A stretch of DNA of 64,000 nucleotides, taken from IMG/VR virus record IMGVR_UViG_3300044960_000113, positions 96,001 to 160,000 of that record; one strand, 5' to 3'. Below the pieces are notes generated by a model. That model had not been told where the DNA came from. It made no database searches and was given only the letters and a program-made list of their open reading frames with translations. Below are positions 1 to 9,318 of the stretch, in pieces; the first letter of the stretch is position 1, and each line of letters opens with the position of its first letter. The position numbers and the translations under genes were made by a program. This DNA is from a virus.

Positions 1-906
1 ATCGATTAAACCTTTTTCATAAAGTCTATTGACAATATAATAATGTGTAAATGAAGCAAATCCTTCATTTAAAGTTTTTGTGCTGCCTTGAGGGTAAAAA
101 TATTGTGATATTTTTCTAACAATACGAATTATTTCTCGTTCCCATGGTTTTAAATTTGGTGCATTTTTTTCTATATAATATAGAATATTTTCTTGTGGTT
201 CAATTTCTTTAGGATCAATTTTTGAAGTTTTTGAATCATTTTTTTCAATACCATGAATAGTTTTATTTATTACATCGTCATAATATTGAATTTCTTTATC
301 ATATTTTATTTTTTCTTGCATTAGACGTTCTTCTTCATTTAATCTCTTTTTAGAACGTCTCACGTATGCATCAACACCATGATCACGTAATGAATGACAT
401 GCATCTAATAATTTTTCAACTTCAGAAATTCCATATTTTTCTTCACATGATGCTATATATTTTTTAGCAAATTCCATATAATCTATAATATATTCAGCAT
501 TAGTAAAAGTTTTAAACATATAATTATTTTTAAAAACAAAATTATGTCCAAATGCTGCATGAGCTATAACCAACATTTGCATAGTTGCATCATTTTCTTC
601 CATTAAATAATTAATACATGGGTTAGAATTTATAACCATCTCATATGCAAGCCCCATATTTCCCTTTTTATATTGATTCCAGTTTTTAACAAAATCTTTA
701 CCAAATGACCAATGATTATAATTGACGGGCAAACCTATAGATGAATATGCATCTAGCATCATTTCAGCAGAAACAATTTCTAGTTGATTTGGGTAATATG
801 TCAACTCCATTTCTTTTGTTGCTATTTTTTCGCATTCATCATAAATTTTTTTGATTAATGAAATATTCCAATCTTCACCAGATTTAAATAATAATTTTTT
901 TGGCAT
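1..906 (-). CDS. spoVR: SpoVR/YcgB-family protein (3' end runs off the window)
   Basis: Not in the ORF track. Manual translation from ATG at 906 gives MPKKLLFKSGEDWNISLIKKIYDECEKIATKEMELTYYPNQLEIVSAEMMLDAYSSIGLPVNYNHWSFGKDF, the SpoVR/YcgB N-terminal signature; lies directly downstream of yeaH and prkA. Confidence 0.9.
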   Translation of the reverse strand, partial: MPKKLLFKSGEDWNISLIKKIYDECEKIATKEMELTYYPNQLEIVSAEMMLDAYSSIGLPVNYNHWSFGKDFVKNWNQYKKGNMGLAYEMVINSNPCINYLMEENDATMQMLVIAHAAFGHNFVFKNNYMFKTFTNAEYIIDYMEFAKKYIASCEEKYGISEVEKLLDACHSLRDHGVDAYVRRSKKRLNEEERLMQEKIKYDKEIQYYDDVINKTIHGIEKNDSKTSKIDPKEIEPQENILYYIEKNAPNLKPWEREIIRIVRKISQYFYPQGSTKTLNEGFASFTHYYIVNRLYEKGLID

Positions 907-941
907 TTTTATAAAATTGTATGTAATTTAATTATATATAT

Positions 942-2249
942 TTAATTATTTATTTTTTTTTTAAAGAATTTTCTAAATACTTCATAAATTTGAGATTCAT
1001 CATCAATATATTCTGCATTAAAATTTTTTGTTGTATGTAATAAATTTTTATATGCATCCCAAAGAGGATGATTTCCTGCTATTATAGAAATGTATCTATT
1101 ATTTCTAATTTCTAGATATGAAAAATGTTGTATTTTTGGTAATAATTTATTTTTGATTATATGGATACATTCAGCATTATCTTCATGTATATTGTCTCCG
1201 TCAGATGTTTGACAAATATAAATATTTGTTTCTGCTGGGTTATATCGTTTTGATATAATATCATCTACTAATTTAAGTGCAGATGATACGATAGTTCCTC
1301 CACTTTCACGTGTTGTAAAAAATGTATGTTCATCAACTTCATGTGCAGTATCAGTATGACATATATAAACAATGTCTGGGTTTTCATATTTTCTATGCAC
1401 AAATACATAAAATAGAGTAAAGAATTTTCTAGAAATTGTTTTTTCTCTTTCACCCATAGAACCGGAATTGTCCATGATAAAAAATATTACAGCCTTTGAT
1501 TTTTTCTTTGGTTTATAATCATTAACACGAAAACGAAGATCTATTGTATCTAAGAAAGGGATAGATTTAATCTTCTTCGTATATCCCGTGATTTTCTTTT
1601 CTAATTCTGATATTTTTTTGAGATCATTTTCATCTAAATTATCTTTAGTTTTTATATCATCAATTTCATCTTGTGCTTTTTTAAGCAATTTTTTCCATTT
1701 ACTTTTCAATGCAATTCTTCTTAATTTAGATTGTGTTATTGATCTAATAATAGATAACCTATTAGGTGGACCAACATTAGTAAATCCAGCATGTGTTGGA
1801 ATTATTTCAACTATCTGTGTTTGTTGTTTATCTTCTATATTTGGTAACTCTAAATCTTCAAAAAAATAATTTAAAAATTCATCACGTGAAACATTAACAA
1901 TAAAATCATCTTCACTATTACCCTGTCCAGCAGAAGGACCATTACCTATTCCATTTTCTTTTCTATCTTTTAAAATATCAAATTCATCGCCACGGATATA
2001 TTTATAATTACCACTTAATATAACAGGTCCATGAAAAATTGATTTATCATATATAAATCTTGGTTCTTCTATCGTATTTTGAGATATAATTACATTATTA
2101 TTACTATCTAAATCACCAACTTTTTTGCCAATTATATCAATTGTTTTTTTATTAATAAATGACTTAATTCTTCTTAAAAATCTCTGTTTATTTCCAGAAG
2201 ATCTTTTTTTAGCAACATTTCGTCTATCAATAATTGTAAATGTTGACAT
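942..2249 (-). CDS. yeaH: YeaH/YhbH (DUF444) family vWA-domain protein
   Basis: N-terminal IIDRR..NKQRFLRR, vWA motif FFIMDNSGSM, ESGGTIVSSAL, YICQTSDGDN. Confidence 0.93.
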   Translation of the reverse strand: MSTFTIIDRRNVAKKRSSGNKQRFLRRIKSFINKKTIDIIGKKVGDLDSNNNVIISQNTIEEPRFIYDKSIFHGPVILSGNYKYIRGDEFDILKDRKENGIGNGPSAGQGNSEDDFIVNVSRDEFLNYFFEDLELPNIEDKQQTQIVEIIPTHAGFTNVGPPNRLSIIRSITQSKLRRIALKSKWKKLLKKAQDEIDDIKTKDNLDENDLKKISELEKKITGYTKKIKSIPFLDTIDLRFRVNDYKPKKKSKAVIFFIMDNSGSMGEREKTISRKFFTLFYVFVHRKYENPDIVYICHTDTAHEVDEHTFFTTRESGGTIVSSALKLVDDIISKRYNPAETNIYICQTSDGDNIHEDNAECIHIIKNKLLPKIQHFSYLEIRNNRYISIIAGNHPLWDAYKNLLHTTKNFNAEYIDDESQIYEVFRKFFKKKINN

Positions 2250-2256
2250 TTATTTC

Positions 2257-4221
2257 CTATGAAGTACTCTTTTTAATACGTTGATACCATTCAACAAGTA
2301 ATTTTATTTGTCTTTTTGTATATCCACGTGTCATCATACGTTTAACAAAATCATCATGTTTCTTTTGGTCTTCAGATGAACTTTTTGGACCAAAACTAAT
2401 AACTGGCATAATATCTTCAGTTGCCGAAAACATCTTTTGCTCAATTACAGTTTTTATTTTTTCAAAACTATTCCATCTTGGGAATTCACCTTTATTATTT
2501 GCTTTATGTCTTAACACAAAATTGACAATTTCATGTCTAAAATCTTTTGGATTTGAAATTTGTGCCGGTTTTTCAATTTTGTTTAATTCATCGTCTAATG
2601 CTTTGCGATCATACATTTCATGTGTTTCTGGGTGTCTAAAATCAGTATCTGATATCCATGCATCTGCATACATAACATATTTTTCAAATATGTTTTGACC
2701 ATAATCAGAATATGATTCTAAAAATGCAACACGTAATTCTTTTTCTAAATATTCTACATATTTTGGTATCAATAAACTTTTTATAAAATCTATATAAGTA
2801 TTTTGTATATCTTTTGGCAAATGTTCTTGTTCAATAGAATTTTCTAACACATAAAATAAATGAACAGGGTTTGCTGCAGTTTCTTCTGGATCCATATCAA
2901 ATGTTTTAGATAAAACCTTAAAAGCAAATCTTGTTGACATACCAGTCATACCTTCATTTACACCTACTTTTTCTTTTGCATCATCTTTGTATTCTTGTAA
3001 AGGTTTTGCTTTTGGATCAGTGTCCTTAATATTTTCACCATCATAAACTCTCATTTTTGACCAAATAGAAGAATTTTCTGGTTCAACAAGTCTAGTAAGA
3101 ACAGAAAATCTTGCTAAAATTTGTAATGTATCTGGTGCACATGGTGCTTTTTCTAATGCAGAATTATGAAGTAATTTTTCATAAATTTTTACTTCTTCAG
3201 TAACACGTAAACAATATGGTACTTTAATTATAAAGACTCTATCTAAAAATGCTTCATTTGTTTTATCATTTCTAAATTTTTGCCATTCTGATTCATTTGA
3301 ATGCGCAAAAATGATACCTTGGAAAGGAAGTCCAGAAATTGCCTCTGTTCCATTATAAGAATGAGATTGAGTTGCTTCTAAAAGTGGATTCAACGTTTTA
3401 ATATCAGCTTTAAACATTTCAGCAAAATTGACAACTCCACGATTACCACGACATAAACCACCAGAATAACTATATGCGTATGGATGATTAGATGGATAAT
3501 CTTCTAATTTTCTAATATCAATTTTTCCAACTAATGCTGAAATATCTTGATTATTTGGATCTCCTGGTTCAATTTTAGAAATACAAATTTGATGATCTTT
3601 GCTTGGATAAATTTTTTCTACTGTGAATTTTGATATATCACCACCGAATTCTTTTAACTTTTCATTTACCCATGGAGATGGACGAGTAATAATTACTCTA
3701 GATGGAATATTATATTCATTTTCTAGAAATTTTTTAGCTTCTTGATTATTAAATAAACTTAAAGGATCATCAAACACAGGCGATAGTTCATCTTCTGCAC
3801 GTAAAACATATACTGGTTGTGTTTCCATTAATTCTTCAATTCTATCAACAAGTGATGATTTACCTCCACCAACAGGTCCTAAGAAATAAAGAATTTGTTT
3901 ACTTTCTTCCAATCCTTGAGCATAATGTTTTAAGAACGATACTAAATTTTCTATGGTTTCTTCCATTCCATAAAAGTCTGAAAATGCAGGATAAATACGG
4001 ATTTTACGATTTAAAAAAATTCTTCCTAATCTTGGATCTTCAGATGTATCTATTATTTTTGGTTCGCCTATTGCTTTTAATAAACGTTCTGCTGGAGATG
4101 AATATACAGATGGATCTGATTTACATAAATTTAAATATTCTTCTAATGATAATATATTATTAGAAAACATATTATCAAATCGTTGTTTTGATATTTTTGT
4201 TAATGAATCAAACAAACTCAT
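2257..4221 (-). CDS. prkA: PrkA/YeaG AAA+ ATPase / serine kinase family
   Basis: Walker A LGPVGGGKSS, FYGMEETIE, YSYSGGLCRGNRG, FAEMFKA, HSNESEW, EAFLDR. Confidence 0.95.
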   Translation of the reverse strand: MSLFDSLTKISKQRFDNMFSNNILSLEEYLNLCKSDPSVYSSPAERLLKAIGEPKIIDTSEDPRLGRIFLNRKIRIYPAFSDFYGMEETIENLVSFLKHYAQGLEESKQILYFLGPVGGGKSSLVDRIEELMETQPVYVLRAEDELSPVFDDPLSLFNNQEAKKFLENEYNIPSRVIITRPSPWVNEKLKEFGGDISKFTVEKIYPSKDHQICISKIEPGDPNNQDISALVGKIDIRKLEDYPSNHPYAYSYSGGLCRGNRGVVNFAEMFKADIKTLNPLLEATQSHSYNGTEAISGLPFQGIIFAHSNESEWQKFRNDKTNEAFLDRVFIIKVPYCLRVTEEVKIYEKLLHNSALEKAPCAPDTLQILARFSVLTRLVEPENSSIWSKMRVYDGENIKDTDPKAKPLQEYKDDAKEKVGVNEGMTGMSTRFAFKVLSKTFDMDPEETAANPVHLFYVLENSIEQEHLPKDIQNTYIDFIKSLLIPKYVEYLEKELRVAFLESYSDYGQNIFEKYVMYADAWISDTDFRHPETHEMYDRKALDDELNKIEKPAQISNPKDFRHEIVNFVLRHKANNKGEFPRWNSFEKIKTVIEQKMFSATEDIMPVISFGPKSSSEDQKKHDDFVKRMMTRGYTKRQIKLLVEWYQRIKKSTS

Positions 4222-4264
4222 ATTATTCCTTTCACGATTATATTAATTCTATTTATTTAATTGT

Positions 4265-4792
4265 TTATCTTTTATAATATAAAAAACTATATGAATATTC
4301 ATTATTTTCATCTTGTGGAAAATTAGTAACTGACATTAAAGTCCATGATTCATCAATTTTTGGAAAATATGAATCACCCTCAATATTACAATGAACTTTT
4401 GTTATAAACATTTCATTAGTAAATGAATGGTTAATAGCTTGTTCATAAACCTTTTGACCGCCAATTATAAAAATTTTAATGTTTGGTTTATTTTTTATAA
4501 TATCGAACCCATAAAATAATGCATCATCATATGATTTCAAAAATAATATTGATTCATTATATTGTTTATTGTATTTGATTATATTAGATGTTAATACAAA
4601 ATTAATTCTATTTGATAATGGTTTTTCATTAAGTGATTCAAATGTTTTTGATCCCATAACAACAATATTGCCAGTTGTCATGTATTTAAAATTTCGTATA
4701 TCTGTCTTTTGGTGCCAGGGAATTTTATTATTTTTACCGATAACACCATTGTCAGAAACAGCGGCAATTATTGCTACGTTATTCTCTATCAT
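4265..4792 (-). CDS. folA: Dihydrofolate reductase
   Basis: AAVSDNGVIGKNNKIPW, VVMGSKTFES, PLSNRINFVLT, IIGGQKVY, EGDSYFP. Confidence 0.95.
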   Translation of the reverse strand: MIENNVAIIAAVSDNGVIGKNNKIPWHQKTDIRNFKYMTTGNIVVMGSKTFESLNEKPLSNRINFVLTSNIIKYNKQYNESILFLKSYDDALFYGFDIIKNKPNIKIFIIGGQKVYEQAINHSFTNEMFITKVHCNIEGDSYFPKIDESWTLMSVTNFPQDENNEYSYSFLYYKR

Positions 4793-5216
4793 TATATAAA
4801 TATCCTATTATTTTTCCATTTGTTTCAACAGTAAGTGTTTTATAATTAATAGTATGTGCTAATATTTCACCACTATTTTTTATTAATAATGATTGATATG
4901 CATGAACTTTCATGGCTTCTATTTTACCTTCAACAATAATATGATCAGCAGATACTTCTGTTACATTATTTTCGTATATATTAGTATCTACACTTTCTTG
5001 TAAATCATTTGTTTTTTTGGATATTATTCCATCTTTGCCTATATATATTGTAGAATTATTTCCTTTTTCACATCGTATTGATCCAAATACTTGACTGTTA
5101 ATAAAAACACTTTTACCAGCTTCAGCGGTGATATCACCATCAATAATAATTCCATCAATAATGGAATTAAATTGCGTATTTTTTGGTTTAATTTTGTTGA
5201 ACATCTTCAGGTTCAT
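4779..5216 (-). CDS. Bactofilin (polymer-forming cytoskeletal) family protein
   Basis: Beta-helical pattern IIDGDI..VFINSQVFGSI..IYIGKDG..IIVEGKI..LLIKNSGEI..INYKTLTVETNGKIIGYL. Confidence 0.7.
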   Translation of the reverse strand: MNLKMFNKIKPKNTQFNSIIDGIIIDGDITAEAGKSVFINSQVFGSIRCEKGNNSTIYIGKDGIISKKTNDLQESVDTNIYENNVTEVSADHIIVEGKIEAMKVHAYQSLLIKNSGEILAHTINYKTLTVETNGKIIGYLYNDRE

Positions 5217-5670
5217 ATATTGCTCCTGGATTTAATATAATAATAGGACTTTGTTTTGGTAATTCATTTATATTATAAATTCCATTTTCATTAGTATGAA
5301 TAACATCTTTAAAAAATAATTTTAAATCTTTAATTTTAATCCATTTTGGAAATTTTGTATTCTTGAATATACATGCTATTTCTTCAGATTTGGAACTGAT
5401 ATCTTTATCATCAAACACAAAAATAAGTAATTTATCATTAACTTGATGTTCGTGTTTTATGTGTTCATTATTTTTTATGATATTTATTTTTAAACGATTA
5501 AATAATATTGCTAAAAAAATACCAAGGAAGAAAAATGAAGAAAATGAGATTATAAAAGATACAACAATAGAATAAACTATCCCGTATCCTGACGATGAAA
5601 AATCAAGTGCTAATAAAAGCCAAACTATTAAAAATAAAATATCTAAAATTAATCCTAAAAACATAGACAT
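5188..5670 (-). CDS. Hypothetical membrane protein
   Basis: Two N-terminal hydrophobic segments. Confidence 0.6.
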   Translation of the reverse strand: MSMFLGLILDILFLIVWLLLALDFSSSGYGIVYSIVVSFIISFSSFFFLGIFLAILFNRLKINIIKNNEHIKHEHQVNDKLLIFVFDDKDISSKSEEIACIFKNTKFPKWIKIKDLKLFFKDVIHTNENGIYNINELPKQSPIIILNPGAIYEPEDVQQN

Positions 5671-5870
5671 AGTAACTCCTTTTATAGAAAGAATATTATC
5701 TCGTATATATTATAAGAAAATGCATTTCGATATAAAAATTATTGTATTTGTAATGCTTTAAATTTATTTAGACGATCAATTTTGGATAATTTTTTCATTT
5801 ATTTCTTTAGATTCTATTCTGTATCATTTTATTAATGCATTATTTGCATTAATTTTATTTTCTTTAAATT

Positions 5871-6125
5871 CTAATTCAAATAGTTTATTATATTTATATT
5901 ACGTTTAAACGTTTCTAATAAACCTTTTTCATTTTCATCCTTAATATAATAGATATACAAAGCTTGTTGTTGTTTTAATTGTTTTATATTTTCAGCATGT
6001 GCATAATGTTCAACAATTATTATAAATGTTCCAATAATTAAATTAATAAATGTTAAAAATATTCCTATTATTTTTATATATAAATGTTTAACACTTTCTT
6101 CAAAATTATCATCTCTATATTTCAT
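5871..6125 (-). CDS. Hypothetical membrane protein
   Basis: One hydrophobic segment, co-oriented ORF. Confidence 0.5.
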   Translation of the reverse strand: MKYRDDNFEESVKHLYIKIIGIFLTFINLIIGTFIIIVEHYAHAENIKQLKQQQALYIYYIKDENEKGLLETFKRNINIINYLN

Positions 6126-6190
6126 AAATCATTTTTCCACATTAAACATATATATATTAATTTTTATAATTATATTTTTGATATAATATT

Positions 6191-6760
6191 TTATTTATTC
6201 TGAACATTTTGTAAAGGTTTAAAATTCTTTGTGTTCATTTTTTCATGTATTTGTTCAAATGATACCGGATAATAATTCCAATTATCTACACCTACATCTA
6301 ATGATAATGAATTTTGATCGTCTTGTAATGTTCCATGACTATGACCATATAAATGATATGAACCAAAATGTGACTTATCCCAAACTCTCATAGCGTAATG
6401 ACATAAAACAATTTGTTGAATATCATTAGATTTTTTAATATTGACATAAACATTTTTTATATCACTTATACTTTCAAATCGACTTTTTAGAAGATTTGAT
6501 TTACGAATAATTTTATCATGATTGCCTAAAATTAAATGAATTTTTCCATTTAATTTTTTAAGAATGTTATACAATTTATCTTCTTGAGTAAATCCAACGT
6601 CACCTAAATGATAAATAGTATCTCGTTTTGTAACAATAGAATTCCAATTATCAATAAGAATTTGATCCATTTCTTGTGTAGATGTAAATGGTCTATTACA
6701 ATATTTAATAATATTAAAATGTGAGAAATGTGTATCTGAAGTAAAAAATATGTTCGTCAT
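6191..6760 (-). CDS. Calcineurin-like metallophosphoesterase
   Basis: FTSDTHF, YHLGDV, GNHD, LCHY, HLYGHSH motifs. Confidence 0.9.
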   Translation of the reverse strand: MTNIFFTSDTHFSHFNIIKYCNRPFTSTQEMDQILIDNWNSIVTKRDTIYHLGDVGFTQEDKLYNILKKLNGKIHLILGNHDKIIRKSNLLKSRFESISDIKNVYVNIKKSNDIQQIVLCHYAMRVWDKSHFGSYHLYGHSHGTLQDDQNSLSLDVGVDNWNYYPVSFEQIHEKMNTKNFKPLQNVQNK

Positions 6761-6813
6761 TTTTAAATGAAAATGGTCTGAGATTTAATTAAAACCTCAG
6801 ATCTAAATACCTC

Positions 6814-7392
6814 TCATTTATTCGCTAACATCCTTGAATGTTTTGGTAAAAATTGTTTTAAAAATTCCATTTGATCTGCTAATATTTTTCTATTTGCTAG
6901 AATCAAATGTTCTGCTCTATTTGGAACGTATGGAACATATAATAATTCCAAATTTGTTTGTTCAAGAGTTTTTGACCCTTTTCTGTGATTGCATGGTTTA
7001 CATGCGGTAACAACGTTAGTCCAAATATCTTTACCACCTAATGATTTTGGAATAATATGATCGCGTGTTAATTTTTCTGTCGGAAACATATTTCCACAGT
7101 ATGCACAAATGTTTTGGTCACGTCTAAATAATGTTTTATTTGAAAGAACAGGTGTTTTAGATAACCATTTTTCAGATTTAGCACGTGTACCTTTCACAGC
7201 AATAATGCTTGATGTTGTAATAGTAGATATTTTGCCAGTAATTCTACTTTTACCACCATAAAAAGTAAATGTAATTTCACCCATTTTCCAGGCAACAAGA
7301 TTCTTTGCTTCATATGTTACAGCATCTTGCCATGTAACCCATTTATTTGGGGTTCCATTAGAATCCAAAGATAAAATTAATGGTGTGCTCAT
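6814..7392 (-). CDS. HNH endonuclease
   Basis: RRDQNICAYCG..TRDHIIPKSLGG..WTNVVTACKPCNHRKG. Confidence 0.9.
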   Translation of the reverse strand: MSTPLILSLDSNGTPNKWVTWQDAVTYEAKNLVAWKMGEITFTFYGGKSRITGKISTITTSSIIAVKGTRAKSEKWLSKTPVLSNKTLFRRDQNICAYCGNMFPTEKLTRDHIIPKSLGGKDIWTNVVTACKPCNHRKGSKTLEQTNLELLYVPYVPNRAEHLILANRKILADQMEFLKQFLPKHSRMLANK

Positions 7393-7546
7393 TTATTTTT
7401 TCCTATTTTCTAAATATTAATTTATATATTTATTACTTATCCTAAATAGTTTTATTTGAATATACTATATTATATCATATTTTTAATGAAAAATAAATAA
7501 ATAAACAATAATATATTTTTCATAATTATATAGGAAAAATCTTAAA

Positions 7547-7942
7547 ATGAAAATTTATGGCGGTGAAATAGCAGAAGGTTCAAGTATTTTAAATTTAACA
7601 GTTGCAAATGGAACATCATTTCCATCTAATCCAAATGCTGCAGAATTATTTTATAGAACAGATGAAAATAAACTTTATGTCCATAATGGAACAACATGGG
7701 TTGAATTATCTACAACTGGTGCAGGAACATCATATAAACACATTCAATCTTCGGCAAGTACAACATGGACAATAGAGCATAACCTCAATACTATAGATAT
7801 TTTATTTAATATCTATGTAGATATAGGTGAAAATGTGTATAAGCCAATTATACCTAATGATTTCAGTTTTACTGATAATAATACTATTACATTAACGTTT
7901 TCAATTGCATGTTCAGGATATGCAATTATTAAAAAGATATAA
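7547..7942 (+). CDS. Hypothetical, probably virion structural protein
   Basis: Thr/Ser-rich beta modules (LFYRTDENKLYVHNGTTW; YKHIQSSASTTWTIEHNLN) reminiscent of tail/baseplate accessory proteins. Confidence 0.5.
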   Translation: MKIYGGEIAEGSSILNLTVANGTSFPSNPNAAELFYRTDENKLYVHNGTTWVELSTTGAGTSYKHIQSSASTTWTIEHNLNTIDILFNIYVDIGENVYKPIIPNDFSFTDNNTITLTFSIACSGYAIIKKI

Positions 7943-7944
7943 AA

Positions 7945-8373
7945 ATGATTTTATTAATGGGTGAATGCGGTTCTGGTAAAACCACTTTAGCAAATGAATT
8001 AGTGAAACATATTCAATATTCCTGTGTAATTGATTCGGATGTTATTAGGTCATCAATTTATAATTTTGGATATGATGATGATGGAAGACGAAAAAATATG
8101 AGGTTGTGTCTTCAACTCGGTCGATTATATGAAAATTTAGGAATTACACCAATTGTTGCACTTCAAGCACCTTTTAAAGATATACGAGACGAACTGTTAA
8201 CAAAAAACGATTTTAAAATTTTAGTCATAAATAATAATAATCAGAAAAAAATAGAAAATGAAAAAAGAAATGATTGGATTACACCAGTTAGTAATTGGTC
8301 AGATGCAGATTTAACAGTTTATTTTAATGAAGAAGATTGCATTAGCAAAATTTTATCACGTATTATTTGGTAA
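7945..8373 (+). CDS. Adenylylsulfate kinase (CysC)-like P-loop kinase
   Basis: GECGSGKTT, IDSDVIR, GYDDDGRRKNMR, IVALQAPFKDIR. Confidence 0.7.
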   Translation: MILLMGECGSGKTTLANELVKHIQYSCVIDSDVIRSSIYNFGYDDDGRRKNMRLCLQLGRLYENLGITPIVALQAPFKDIRDELLTKNDFKILVINNNNQKKIENEKRNDWITPVSNWSDADLTVYFNEEDCISKILSRIIW

Positions 8374-8650
8374 TATCCCACTTAATTTCTGGATAATCTT
8401 TTTCAGTAACCCATTCCTTTTTTAAACCAATTAAATATAAAAATTGGTTAAACATCATCTTGATTTTTGCCGCAATTCCTGTTTGTGTGAAAAAATACCA
8501 ATCAGTTTTAATATTTAACCAAAATAATTCTAATGGAGAATTACCAAGTCGTTCAAGTTCTTCAAAATCATCCAATGTTGGATGAATATCTAAATTGTCA
8601 TTGATGATTTGTTTTTTATCTGTATTCATAACATATCTGTAACAACTCAA
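8363..8650 (-). CDS. Hypothetical protein
   Basis: ORF track. Confidence 0.5.
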   Translation of the reverse strand: MSCYRYVMNTDKKQIINDNLDIHPTLDDFEELERLGNSPLELFWLNIKTDWYFFTQTGIAAKIKMMFNQFLYLIGLKKEWVTEKDYPEIKWDITK

Positions 8651-8716
8651 TAATCCATAATTATGAATATTATAACATAAATTCTATAATTTGTAAACAG
8701 TTATTTTAAATATAAA

Positions 8717-9271
8717 TTAAGCAGTTTTTTGTGCAGTTTCTGCTTTTTTTGCTGCTAATGTTGTTTTAAGCTTATTCATCTGCATTTGCAAATTATAAGA
8801 AATTTTCTTTAATTCATCGACAATTTTTTGTTTTTCCTTTTTAACGTTTTCATCTTTTGATGGTTTTTCAAGAAGTTCTAATTTTTTTAAATTATTAGTA
8901 TATAATGTCTTATATGATGCATGATTTTTAAAGAAATTTTTAAGATGTTTTTCAGCTTTATCAGTATTTGGATTTCCTTTTTCACCTAATGCGCTTAAAA
9001 AAATATAAAATTTACTATCATCACCTAAAACATCATGAGCTGCTCTTTCGTCACTATCAGATAAAGAATTTAATCCCGTAATTATTGATGCTAATTCCTC
9101 TTTATTTAATGGATTTTGGCCACTAAAAGGATTTTTATCATTTTCAACAGCATCATTAATTTTTACAATAATTGGTTGTAAGAATTTACCAATATCTTCA
9201 CATAATTTAATAGATTCAGTTAATGTTCTTATTTCTTTTATTTCTTCTAATTCATTCAATAATGAAAACAT
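8717..9271 (-). CDS. Hypothetical protein, late promoter, Glu-ending leader (MFSLLNELEE)
   Basis: ORF preceded by three overlapping TATAAATA boxes at 9304-9323. Confidence 0.6.
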   Translation of the reverse strand: MFSLLNELEEIKEIRTLTESIKLCEDIGKFLQPIIVKINDAVENDKNPFSGQNPLNKEELASIITGLNSLSDSDERAAHDVLGDDSKFYIFLSALGEKGNPNTDKAEKHLKNFFKNHASYKTLYTNNLKKLELLEKPSKDENVKKEKQKIVDELKKISYNLQMQMNKLKTTLAAKKAETAQKTA

Positions 9272-9318
9272 TTTAATCCTTTCTGATTTTAAAATTGTTT
9301 ATATATTTATATTTATAT

